NCBI GenBank assembly: GCA_013314775.1
Contig: JABUFB010000008.1
Span: 725,036 to 789,035 of the forward strand
DNA length: 64,000 bases
DNA from: Armatimonadota bacterium
Lineage (GTDB): Bacteria; Armatimonadota; Zipacnadia; Zipacnadales; JABUFB01
Direction: 5' to 3'
In this document: positions 1-8,732 of the stretch, in pieces
How positions within the stretch are numbered: the first letter of the stretch is position 1
Layout: the number at the start of each line of letters is the position of its first letter
Notes under the pieces: model-generated
Database searches by the model: none
The model's input: the letters and a program-made list of their open reading frames with translations, nothing else
Told to the model about the DNA's origin: nothing
Made by a program: the position numbers and the translations under genes

Positions 1-5
1 AGCGG

Positions 6-1520
6 GTGAACAAGCGCGAGGGGGTACCGGACGCCACGGGCCACAGGTATGAGATCAGTGTGCCTGATGCCGGGAAGCTGGTGGTGCGAGACGTTGATGA
101 GGGCAAGGTGATCGCGGAGGCGCCTGTCACCGACAAGATGGGGATTCCGGGAATCGAGCCGGGGAAGCTGACCCTGACCGGCACGCCGCCCGTGGGCGCA
201 AAGTGGATAGTTGAGACCACTGCCCCCGCCCGGTGCGAGTACCAGGTGCATGACGGGATGGTAACCCACCGCATCGCGCAGTTCATCGAGTTAGTGCTGG
301 CCGACCCGGAGCTGAATGCGGCCTACGGGGACAAGGCCCGAGAGTACCTGGCGCTCCTGGACCGGCATTTCCTGCGAAAGTGGGAATCGACGTGGGTGGA
401 CCTGCCCGGCGGAGCGGGTCTGTACAAGTTTACGGACAATCCTACCCAGCGCTTCCCGGGTTACAGCCTGCCTCACAACCAGTACCTCGCGCTGGCCCGA
501 ACCTGGCTGGTGCTCAAGGACATCCCCGGGTACGAGGGCGCGGACCTTTGCCTGAGACGGGCCACGGCAATGGCCACATACTTCAAGCAGAACCTGCGAT
601 TAGTGGGCCATGCGTACGAGTGGAACTACTGGGACCCGCTACCCCACGAAGAGGGCGTGCGCCGCAGTGTTGAGGACTACAGCCACGCGACCATCGACGT
701 CGGGTTCGCCATCGAAGCCGCCGGGCGCAACGTGGTCTTCGATGCAACGGACCTCACCCGTTTCGCGTCGACCTACGTTGACGTGATGTGGAATCAGAAC
801 CGGGAACATCCGCGCTTTGGCGCGCGGGTGAATACCAACGTGGGTGACAAGGTTGCCTGGGCCGACTGGATCGAGCTGGGCGTCAAGGACGAGCGGGCCT
901 GGGAGCTTGCCCAGTTGCTGTTCCTGGACCTGCAGCGACAGATATCCATGTGTCCCACCATCTGTGAGATCATCCGCCAGCGCGACGGGGTCCCGCCTGA
1001 AGACCTGCCCGTGTTCCGCGAGGGCACAAAGATGCTGAGCAACTTGCTGAGCGCCGAACTGCCCAATGCCGGCTTCGAAATTGGCACGAAAGACAGCCCG
1101 TTCATGTGGCAGTGCGGAGTCTGGAGTGAAGGCGGTGAGGGCTCCCTGTTCGAGCGCGTCCAGCCCGGTCACACCGGCGATTGGGCACTGATGATGACCG
1201 GGCGCGGTACCAGAGTGAACCAGGTAGCCCAGAGCCGGCGCTTCCGAGTTGAGGGGAAGACGCGGGTGAGGGTGAGGGCATGGTACAGAACGGAGGAGAC
1301 GCCGGCGCCGGTCTTCTCGCTGATGAGTTATGATGCGAAGGGTGAGCGGCTGCAGTATGATTACTCGCCGAAGTTCGCGCCGACCCAGGACTGGGCTCTC
1401 GCGGAACACGAGTTCGCGCTGAAGGAAGGAGCCACGAGCGCCGAGGTGCTCCTTCGTAACGGCGCGGTGGGAACGGTCTACTATGATGACGTTCAGATTG
1501 AAAGGCTTGACGACGAGTAG
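6..1520 (+). CDS. Hypothetical carbohydrate-active protein, possibly 5'-truncated by the window edge, with a C-terminal CBM-like beta-sandwich tail.
   Basis: A long ORF begins at the window edge with no upstream stop. The tail (WYRTEETPAPVFSLMSYDAKGERLQYDY...AVGTVYYDDVQIERL) resembles CBM4/9/22-type carbohydrate-binding modules. The N-terminal part has an alpha-rich, lyase- or hydrolase-like composition. The next gene follows on the same strand. Confidence 0.45.
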   Translation: MNKREGVPDATGHRYEISVPDAGKLVVRDVDEGKVIAEAPVTDKMGIPGIEPGKLTLTGTPPVGAKWIVETTAPARCEYQVHDGMVTHRIAQFIELVLADPELNAAYGDKAREYLALLDRHFLRKWESTWVDLPGGAGLYKFTDNPTQRFPGYSLPHNQYLALARTWLVLKDIPGYEGADLCLRRATAMATYFKQNLRLVGHAYEWNYWDPLPHEEGVRRSVEDYSHATIDVGFAIEAAGRNVVFDATDLTRFASTYVDVMWNQNREHPRFGARVNTNVGDKVAWADWIELGVKDERAWELAQLLFLDLQRQISMCPTICEIIRQRDGVPPEDLPVFREGTKMLSNLLSAELPNAGFEIGTKDSPFMWQCGVWSEGGEGSLFERVQPGHTGDWALMMTGRGTRVNQVAQSRRFRVEGKTRVRVRAWYRTEETPAPVFSLMSYDAKGERLQYDYSPKFAPTQDWALAEHEFALKEGATSAEVLLRNGAVGTVYYDDVQIERLDDE

Positions 1521-1603
1521 GGCTTGGGAAGGTCGTGCCGGCTGCGCGGGGAATACGTGGTCTTCGCTCGAATGTCGGCAGGCGCATGCAAGGGAGGACT
1601 GCA

Positions 1604-2881
1604 ATGCCAACGAAGCTTGCCATTGACGGCGGCTCACCGGTCGTGCCCGAGGGCATGATCAAGAGCTGGCCGGTGATCACCGACGCGGACCGCGAGGCGC
1701 TGGTTTCGGTGCTGGATAGCGGCCATCTGCACGGAACCAGCGCACCACTGGCCACCGAGCTCCAGAGGCGCTGGGCCGAGTACTGCGGGACGAAATACGC
1801 TATCGTCACCAGCAGCGGCACTGGAGCGCTGCACATGTCGCTGATGGCAGCCGGAGTGATGCCCGGCGACGAGGTAATCGTTCCCGCTTTCACGTACTGG
1901 GCCACAGTGGTCCCGGTGGTGCAGCAGAGCGGCATCCCGATCTTCGCGGACATCGATCCGGAGACGTACACCCTGGACCCGGCGAAAATCGAGGAGCGCA
2001 TCACCGATCATACGAAAGCGATCCTGCCGGCGCATATCCATGGTATGCCGGCAGATATGGACCCCATCAATGAGATCGCCCGCAAGCACGGACTGGTTGT
2101 AATTGAGGACGCCTGCCAGGCCCACGGGGCCATGTACAAGGGGCACAAGACCGGCTCTCTGGGCGATGTGGCGGGGTTCAGCTGCAACCGTTCCAAGTGC
2201 CTGTCCGGCGGCGAGGGCGGGCTCGTGACGACCAGCCACGATGATTTCGCCGCTGTAGCCGACCGCTGCCGAGTCGTCGGCCCCATCCCGCAGACCACGC
2301 GTGACCCGATCTACGCGCTGGGCTGGGGATACCGGCCCCATGAGTTCGTGAACGCCTTCATCCTGAGCCAGCTCGACCGCCTCGACGAGTACAACGGCAT
2401 CCGTAGAAAGTATGCGGCGTATATCACGCAGGAGTTGGCGAAAATACCCGGATTTGAGGGGCCCGTCACTCCGGACTGGGCGGATCCGTGCTACTTCTGC
2501 TATGTGGTAACATTCAGGCCCGATCAACTAGGGCTGGATTGCACGGCGCAGGAGTGGAAAGAAGCGTGCAAGAGGGCCCTTGCCGCCGAGGGCATGGGGC
2601 TGGGGAACTGGCAGTATGAGCCGGTGCCGGGCATGAGCGTATTCCGTGACAAGGTGGGTTTCGGCAAGGGACACCCCTGGAGCAGCCCATTCGCCCGGCA
2701 GGACGTGGTTTACGACCCCGAGGAATACCCGGCCGCGAAGGAGTTCATCAGCAGTCACGCCTATCTGGGCGGCGTCTACCCTCCCAACGGCATGGACCTG
2801 ATGGAGCTGTACGTGCAGGGCTTTCAGAAGATCAGCGAGAACGCGCAGCGGGTTCTCGAATCCGCGCGCGAACAGGGATAG
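1604..2881 (+). CDS. DegT/DnrJ/EryC1/StrS family PLP-dependent sugar aminotransferase.
   Basis: The motifs LAIDGG, IVTSSGTGALHM and the VIEDACQAHGA...G..GD.A.FS lysine region are typical of DegT-family sugar aminotransferases. An RBS (AAGGGAGGA) lies 6-14 nt upstream of the ATG at 1604. The ORF-track start at 1535 is probably too long. Confidence 0.8.
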   Translation: MPTKLAIDGGSPVVPEGMIKSWPVITDADREALVSVLDSGHLHGTSAPLATELQRRWAEYCGTKYAIVTSSGTGALHMSLMAAGVMPGDEVIVPAFTYWATVVPVVQQSGIPIFADIDPETYTLDPAKIEERITDHTKAILPAHIHGMPADMDPINEIARKHGLVVIEDACQAHGAMYKGHKTGSLGDVAGFSCNRSKCLSGGEGGLVTTSHDDFAAVADRCRVVGPIPQTTRDPIYALGWGYRPHEFVNAFILSQLDRLDEYNGIRRKYAAYITQELAKIPGFEGPVTPDWADPCYFCYVVTFRPDQLGLDCTAQEWKEACKRALAAEGMGLGNWQYEPVPGMSVFRDKVGFGKGHPWSSPFARQDVVYDPEEYPAAKEFISSHAYLGGVYPPNGMDLMELYVQGFQKISENAQRVLESAREQG

Positions 2882-2890
2882 GAGCCTAAG

Positions 2891-3724
2891 ATGAAGCTTG
2901 GTTTCATGATCTATTCGCTCAGCCGGTCGCTTGCAGATGGTACGCTGACAGTCCCCAGCGCTCTGGCGCTCATGAAGGACTGTGGCGTGGAGGGCGTAGA
3001 CATCACCGACGGGCACGTCACCGGATACACGGCGGCGGAAGTGCGTAAGATGGCGGAGGATGCGGGAATCGCGGTCTCAGCGTGGATCGGCGGGGGCAAT
3101 CTGACCACCAATGACCCGGAGATCCGCAAAGCATCGCTGGATACCATCCGCGCGCTCATTGACAAGTCTGCGGAAGCGGGCACCCGGAACCTGCTGGTCA
3201 CAACCGGTGGCTGCGCGCCCGATCAGGACAAGGCCGAGGGCCGGCGCAATGTGGCAGCCGGGCTTGCGGAAGTACTGCCGGTGGCGAAAGCGGCCGGGGT
3301 TGTGCTGTCCATCGAGGACTTCGGCAGCCCGGTTGCGCCGTACCAGAACTCGGCCGAATGCATGGAGACCTGCGAGCTTGCCGGCCCGGACCTGATGATG
3401 ACCTATGATTCCGGCAACATGGTTATGGCCGACGAGGACCCCGTGGAGTTCCTCCTGGCAGTCAAGAGCCGACTGGCCCATGCCCATGCAAAGGATTGGG
3501 AATTGCTGCCGCCGGACGCCGAACGCGGGCTCACCTCCCGGGCAGGAAAAAAGTATATCGGCACGGTCGTGGGCGCCGGGGTGCTGGACTACCCGGCGAT
3601 CATCCGTACGCTCAAGACCCTGAACTACACGGGCTACCTGTCCTTCGAATATGAAGGCACAGGCGACCCGGTGCAGGCTGCACGCGAAGGCACGGCATAT
3701 CTGCGCGATCTCATGGCAGACTGA
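2891..3724 (+). CDS. Sugar phosphate isomerase/epimerase (xylose-isomerase-like TIM barrel).
   Basis: Its length and motifs (SIEDFGSP, DSGNM, AHAKDW) fit the AP-endonuclease-2/xylose-isomerase-like TIM barrel family. An RBS (GGATAGGAG) precedes the ATG. The gene lies 10 nt after the aminotransferase stop. Confidence 0.7.
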   Translation: MKLGFMIYSLSRSLADGTLTVPSALALMKDCGVEGVDITDGHVTGYTAAEVRKMAEDAGIAVSAWIGGGNLTTNDPEIRKASLDTIRALIDKSAEAGTRNLLVTTGGCAPDQDKAEGRRNVAAGLAEVLPVAKAAGVVLSIEDFGSPVAPYQNSAECMETCELAGPDLMMTYDSGNMVMADEDPVEFLLAVKSRLAHAHAKDWELLPPDAERGLTSRAGKKYIGTVVGAGVLDYPAIIRTLKTLNYTGYLSFEYEGTGDPVQAAREGTAYLRDLMAD

Positions 3725-3747
3725 CTCGCGGCTTGCCAACCGGACAA

Positions 3748-3775
3748 GGCGCCCCGCGAGGAATCGCGGGGCGCC
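3748..3775 (+). terminator. Putative intrinsic terminator hairpin (11-bp GC stem) after the sugar isomerase operon.
   Basis: GGCGCCCCGCG-aggaat-CGCGGGGCGCC is a perfect inverted repeat 24 nt after the stop. No strong U-tract follows. Confidence 0.35.
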
Positions 3776-3885
3776 TGCATTGGGGCCAGTGTCAAGAGTC
3801 TGCGTCACGGGGGCGATCGGATTGGCAGGCGATCTGAGGGGGTAAAAGGATGTTTCAGCCCACATTACACTCAGGAAAGGCAACC

Positions 3886-4503
3886 ATGAAACGCAGGCCT
3901 CTCGCCGGCTTCACACTCATCGAACTCCTGGTCGTCATCGCGATCATCGCGATCCTGGCAGCCATTCTCTTCCCGGTTTTCGCGCGAGCGCGGGAGAAAG
4001 CCCGGCAGAGTTCCTGCCTGTCCAACCTGAAGCAGATCACCCTCTCGCTACTCATGTACGCCGACGACTGGGACGAGACCCTTCCCTACTACCAGCGGCC
4101 GTGGGGCTACGCGTGGTACGACGACATCATCCCGTACATGAAGAACCGGCAGATTCTCGTCTGCCCCAGCAAGACCGACTGGAACCCCAGTGCCCCCACC
4201 CACAAGACGGGGTACGGTCTCAACGAAACCGTCTTCCCTTCGGGCAATGGCTCGCCGTGGCCGGTCCCGCCGATACCGCTGAGCGCCATCCAGAGCCCAT
4301 CGGAGACCATCGCAGGAGCCGACAAGAACCAGGGGAATGTGTACATCGTCGGGCTGTCTTTCTCGGGTTCGACTGCCTGGCCGTACAATGTGGACACCCG
4401 ACACAATGACGGCGCGAACTTTGCCTTCATGGACGGGCATGCCAAGTCCATGAGTAAGGGGGGCACGTGGTCGACGAGCAACACCATGTGGGACCTGTAC
4501 TGA
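3886..4503 (+). CDS. Prepilin-type N-terminal cleavage/methylation domain protein, DUF1559 (H-X9-DG) family.
   Basis: [50 protein letters not shown] is a type IV pilin-like N-methylation site plus hydrophobic helix. [16 protein letters not shown] near the C-terminus is the H-X9-DG motif. An RBS (AGGAAAGG) precedes the ATG at 3886. Confidence 0.8.
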   Translation: MKRRPLAGFTLIELLVVIAIIAILAAILFPVFARAREKARQSSCLSNLKQITLSLLMYADDWDETLPYYQRPWGYAWYDDIIPYMKNRQILVCPSKTDWNPSAPTHKTGYGLNETVFPSGNGSPWPVPPIPLSAIQSPSETIAGADKNQGNVYIVGLSFSGSTAWPYNVDTRHNDGANFAFMDGHAKSMSKGGTWSTSNTMWDLY

Positions 4504-4525
4504 TCGTTATGGGCGGCGGATGCCA

Positions 4526-4556
4526 AAGGGCCCCCGAGTGATGACCGGGGGCCCTT
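4526..4556. terminator. Bidirectional terminator hairpin between convergent genes.
   Basis: AAGGGCCCCCG-agtgatgac-CGGGGGCCCTT is a perfect 11-bp stem between the + gene ending at 4503 and the - gene ending at 4580. Confidence 0.4.
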
Positions 4557-4579
4557 GCATTGCCACTGTCCAATCGCGC

Positions 4580-5419
4580 TCAGATTTCGGCCAGGAGTTT
4601 CTTCACGTACTCCAGGTCCAGCCGGGTCTGCTCGATGAGTTCCGACGTGGTCATGTCCTTGAAGCTGAAGCTGCCCTGGTATTCGCTGTGGAAGCTGCAG
4701 GGCCCGTCGAAGCCTGTCTGCTTGAGAAATCCGAATGCCTGCCTGAAGGGCGTCAGGCCCTCCCACACGGGGACGAGCTTGCCCTGCCAGCGCACATTCC
4801 CCTCGGCATCCTTCTCTGGGTAGAGCCCGGCGTTCTTGACGCCCACCATGTTGATCCGGTCACCGAGGAGGTCGAGCCCCTGTTTCCAGCCCGACCGGCC
4901 GCCCTCAAGGCCCATGTGGCACAGGTCTGGATATGCGCCGATGACAGTTGCCTCATACGGCTCAATGAGGTTCCAAACCACCGCGGACATGGCACTCAGG
5001 AAATCACCGGAGTGCACGTGAATGTTGGCGCTCACCCCGTATTTCATGGCCAGCTTGCTGATGCCCACCAGAGACATGCGCGCTTCCTCGATCTTCTCGC
5101 GCATCGTGCCGAACTCGCGCACCTGCCAGTAACCGAGCTTCAGGCGCGGAATCCCGTTGGCGGCCGCCGCACGGAAGATCGGCTCCGCAGTAGGGTCGTC
5201 CGCGCTGGTTATGTTTGTGGTGATCATCGGTACGCTCAGGCCCCTGTCGGCGAGGGCGCAGACCGCGGGCTCCAGGTCCTTTTCGACGCTCTCGGGCGAA
5301 ACGTGGCCACCGTCGCGCACGGTGAGGTCGACGCCTTCGAAGCCGAGGTCCTTGATGATGTCGCCGGCCTCGGCCACCGGGAACTCCTGGAGCATCTTGG
5401 AGAACATGATGAGTTGCAT
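4580..5419 (-). CDS. Sugar phosphate isomerase/epimerase (xylose-isomerase-like TIM barrel), second copy.
   Basis: It is 279 aa. GFEGVDL, IHVHSGDF and NMVGVKNAG fit the same TIM-barrel family as 2891..3724. Confidence 0.65.
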   Translation of the reverse strand: MQLIMFSKMLQEFPVAEAGDIIKDLGFEGVDLTVRDGGHVSPESVEKDLEPAVCALADRGLSVPMITTNITSADDPTAEPIFRAAAANGIPRLKLGYWQVREFGTMREKIEEARMSLVGISKLAMKYGVSANIHVHSGDFLSAMSAVVWNLIEPYEATVIGAYPDLCHMGLEGGRSGWKQGLDLLGDRINMVGVKNAGLYPEKDAEGNVRWQGKLVPVWEGLTPFRQAFGFLKQTGFDGPCSFHSEYQGSFSFKDMTTSELIEQTRLDLEYVKKLLAEI

Positions 5420-5461
5420 CGGAACCTCCGTGAATGAGGGAATCCGGTTCGGGAGCTCGGC

Positions 5462-5917
5462 TCAGCCGCCCTTCGTGTGCCACTGGTAGCCGATCTCAGG
5501 GTCATCCCAGGGCCGGCGGAGTTCATCAGGGCTGGCGTAGACGTAGTGCTCGGTGGGCACGTTGAGGACCAAGGCCATCTCGCTGCCCAGGCAGACCCAG
5601 CCGTGCCACACCCCCGGGGGAATCTGGATCAGGGTGCGGTTCAGTTCGCCGATGACGAAGGAGTTGGTTTCGCCGCGGGTCGGCGAGTTCTCGCGGCCGT
5701 CCCAGAGAGCGACTTTCACATTGCCCTTCACGCAGCAGAAGGAATCTGTCTGCTTGGCGTGAGCATGCCATGCCTTCACAATGCCCGGATACGTGGCGGA
5801 GATGTAGCACTGCCCGAATCCAAGGAAAAGCTCCTCGTCGTTGCGCAGGACCTCCATGAGGTACCCGCGGTCATCGGCGATGAGCTTCAGCGGCTTGGTG
5901 CGGACGCCATCAATCAT
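5462..5917 (-). CDS. RmlC-like cupin (dTDP-sugar 3,5-epimerase / 3,4-ketoisomerase family).
   Basis: The core KPLKLIADDRGYLMEVLRND...WHAHA...GNVKVALWDGRENSPTRGE is typical of RmlC/FdtA-type cupins. The likely start is the internal Met at 5917 (MIDGVRTKP). Confidence 0.6.
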   Translation of the reverse strand: MIDGVRTKPLKLIADDRGYLMEVLRNDEELFLGFGQCYISATYPGIVKAWHAHAKQTDSFCCVKGNVKVALWDGRENSPTRGETNSFVIGELNRTLIQIPPGVWHGWVCLGSEMALVLNVPTEHYVYASPDELRRPWDDPEIGYQWHTKGG

Positions 5918-5994
5918 CGTCCGGGTTCCCTCCCGGTAACAAGCGCAACGGGCAATGGCCGGCAACGGATCACGACCAGGTCCCGCAGTCCGGC

Positions 5995-7332
5995 TCAGTT
6001 TCCTGGCATGACCAGGCCGATTGCGTGCTGTTTCATCTGCTCGGCAGCGACCGCCTGCACGGTCTCGGCGCTGAGCCCGGCGATCTGTGCGATTATTGGA
6101 TCGTCGAGACTGACCTCGCCGGTCACCAGGTACCGGCGATTGAGCGCGGCGGCGGCGACACGCGGCTCATCCATCCCCAGAACACGGAGATTGATTGCCC
6201 GCGTCTTCGCCCGGGCGAGTTCCTCGGCGGCCAGGGGTTTCTCGCCAAGCGCTGCCAGTTTGCCCAGGAGAAGCTGGCGCGCGTCCTCGACCGACGTGGG
6301 CATAACGCCGACGATGATCGCCAGAGACGGCGTGTGCGATACGAGGACCGGCAGCACACCGGACGGCGCCTTCGGGCCGGAGCCTTCGGACCGTTCCAGG
6401 TTCGCGAGGCCTTCGTCCTGGGCCAGCGAACCGCCGGGGCCGGACAGGGCCGCGTTCAGGACAAGCCCGGCCGCGTAGCCTTCCGTCCCCACCGGTGGCA
6501 GCGGGATGCCCACCACGAGCACAGCCATGCGCAGCGCGGCGCTCTCCCCCACCTGTACCCGCGTGCGTGGCCGTCCCTGGACCACAGGCGTAGCCGGAGC
6601 CACCTTGCGGGACTCGAAACCGCCAAAGGCCGCGGTAGCGAGGTCAATGACGTCGCGCGCCGGAACGGGTCCGACTATGCAGAGACTGGCCAAATTGGGC
6701 ACGTAGTAGCTGCGGTAGAAAGACTTCACGTCAGCGAGGGTAATCCCCTCGAGGGTCTCACGGGTCCCGAAGACGGGCTGAGTGTGCGGCCCGTCACCAA
6801 GGAGCGCGTGCGAGAACAACCGGTAGGCCTCGATGTAGTTTTCCGCGCCCGATTCGGGACCGGTGCCGGAGGGGGAATTGGCCTTCTGCAGCACGATCTC
6901 GCGCGCGCTGACCACGTCGTCCTGGGTCCAGTCGGCGGCAAACACTGCCGGAGCCAGGAACTCCAGGAGGGGCTTGAGTTGCGCCGATGTCACCGACGCT
7001 GTGAACTCCACGCAGTCTTCCTGGGTCTCCACGCTGAACCCCGCGCCCTGGGTACCCTCCTGACGCAAGCTGGCAAGGCTCTCGGTGGTGTTCATCTGCG
7101 CGCGGATCTTCGAAAGGATGATCTGCTGGGTCAGGGCACGCAGACCGGCTTTCTCCGGGGGCACACGTTCCGGGCCGATGTTCAGCGCAAGATGGACGCC
7201 GCAGACATCACTGGCGCCCGATTCGAAGACCAGCACATTCATGCCGTTGGGCAGCAATAGCTGATCGGATGACGCGACGGATGCGATCATCATGAAGAGT
7301 ACTGCCACAGCCGGAGCGAAAGCGGGTTTCAT
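5995..7332 (-). CDS. M16 (pitrilysin/insulinase) family peptidase-like protein, probably the non-catalytic partner.
   Basis: Its size, a signal-like N-terminus and the M16 C-terminal domain pattern support the call. No HxxEH zinc motif was found in the translation. Its start overlaps the upstream gene's stop at 7329-7332. Confidence 0.6.
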   Translation of the reverse strand: MKPAFAPAVAVLFMMIASVASSDQLLLPNGMNVLVFESGASDVCGVHLALNIGPERVPPEKAGLRALTQQIILSKIRAQMNTTESLASLRQEGTQGAGFSVETQEDCVEFTASVTSAQLKPLLEFLAPAVFAADWTQDDVVSAREIVLQKANSPSGTGPESGAENYIEAYRLFSHALLGDGPHTQPVFGTRETLEGITLADVKSFYRSYYVPNLASLCIVGPVPARDVIDLATAAFGGFESRKVAPATPVVQGRPRTRVQVGESAALRMAVLVVGIPLPPVGTEGYAAGLVLNAALSGPGGSLAQDEGLANLERSEGSGPKAPSGVLPVLVSHTPSLAIIVGVMPTSVEDARQLLLGKLAALGEKPLAAEELARAKTRAINLRVLGMDEPRVAAAALNRRYLVTGEVSLDDPIIAQIAGLSAETVQAVAAEQMKQHAIGLVMPGN

Positions 7333-8732
7333 GGGGTCAGGCGGGCCTCCCAGACGGGGCCCGAGGCGGACTTGGGCCGGATGATCACCAGAGAATAGTT
7401 ATCGAGCCCCAGGTACTGCCTGGCCACTCTCTGGACGTCTTCGGCGGTGACCGATTCGAGAGTGGTGATGTAATCGATTGCGAACCGGTAGCTATCGATG
7501 GCCTCGTAGAAGCCCATCGAACTCACCTGGTTCTCGTAGCTGGAATTGTCGAAGGAGTAGCCGGCGCGAACCACGGCCTTCACGCCTGCAAGCTCCTCGG
7601 GCGTGAGAAGTGTATTGTGCAGCTTCTCAATCTCCGCAAGGATGATCTCACGGGTCTCAAGCTCCATTTGGGGCTTCGCCACACAGGTGACCAGGAACAG
7701 GCCGGGATCGCGTTTGGTGATGAACTCTACTTCGGGAACTGCCCCGATTTCCTCCTGACTGACGAAGGCCTGCATGAGACGGGCTTGCTGACCCTCGATG
7801 AGCAAGGCGTAAATCAGGTCCAGTGCGCAGACGTCGGGCTTGTTGGCGATACCCGCCGCGTGCCAGCCGAAGGACACCAGCGTGTTGCGGGTATCGGCTT
7901 TCTCCAGACGCGTACGCGTGTCGGTCTGGATCGGCTCCGGATCTGGTTCTCGCAGAGCAATGTTTCCCCGCGGGTACTTGCCGAACAGCTCACGGATCAG
8001 ATCGAGAGCCGCGGCGGCATCTATGTCTCCCACCACGATGAGGGCAGAGTTGTTGGGGACGAAATGGTTGCGGTGGTAAGCCGCGAGGTCCTCGGCATCG
8101 TACGCGGCGATGCCGTCAGGAGTGCCCGAGACCGGCCGCCCATATGGATGCTGGCGAAAGGCAGTCTCCCACATGGTCCGCCACAGCTTTCCCACCGGGC
8201 TGCTTTCCACGTCCATCAGGCGCCTGCGCAGGGTCTGAAGCTGATTGGCCCAGATCTCCTCTCTGAAGGAGGGCTCGAAGGTGGCGCGCGCAGTCCGGGC
8301 CAGGGCTTCGGGGAAGAAACCAGCGCTCGTGGTGATCCGGACGTGAGTCCCATCCGGAGTGGTGTAGCTGCTGATTCTCCCACCGCGATCTTCGATCCAG
8401 TCGGACAGGGAGAGGTCGTCGCCCGGAGCCGGGACGTCGTGGATCATGTGCCGGACCAGATCAGAGAGCCCCTGCTCGCTGTCCGTTTCGTAGAGCGGGC
8501 AGGCCTTGATGACGAGACCGGCGGATACCACTCCCCAGTTGCGCTCCGGTTTGATGATCACGCGCAGGCCGTTATCGAGGGCCGTCTCGCTGACGGTCTG
8601 CGAGTTGATCACCGGCGCCCCGATCGCGGGAAGAGTGAGCAGCAGCGTGACAGGCAGGAGCATGGAGGGGAATAGCCCAACTGCGGCATAGCGGTAAGCC
8701 CCGTGGCGAATGAGCATCCAGTTTCTCCTCAC
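7329..8732 (-). CDS. M16 family peptidase-like protein.
   Basis: NGLRVIIKPE...GLSDLVRHMIHD has an M16 N-terminal-domain layout. The canonical HxxEH is replaced by RHMIHD. A 4-nt overlap links it to the acyl-CoA ligase stop at 8729-8732. Confidence 0.6.
   Translation of the reverse strand: MRRNWMLIRHGAYRYAAVGLFPSMLLPVTLLLTLPAIGAPVINSQTVSETALDNGLRVIIKPERNWGVVSAGLVIKACPLYETDSEQGLSDLVRHMIHDVPAPGDDLSLSDWIEDRGGRISSYTTPDGTHVRITTSAGFFPEALARTARATFEPSFREEIWANQLQTLRRRLMDVESSPVGKLWRTMWETAFRQHPYGRPVSGTPDGIAAYDAEDLAAYHRNHFVPNNSALIVVGDIDAAAALDLIRELFGKYPRGNIALREPDPEPIQTDTRTRLEKADTRNTLVSFGWHAAGIANKPDVCALDLIYALLIEGQQARLMQAFVSQEEIGAVPEVEFITKRDPGLFLVTCVAKPQMELETREIILAEIEKLHNTLLTPEELAGVKAVVRAGYSFDNSSYENQVSSMGFYEAIDSYRFAIDYITTLESVTAEDVQRVARQYLGLDNYSLVIIRPKSASGPVWEARLTP

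Noticed and set aside
639-2527. Two minus-strand ORFs (332 and 297 aa).
   Set aside because: They are antisense to the first two + strand genes, with low-complexity Arg/Pro-rich translations.
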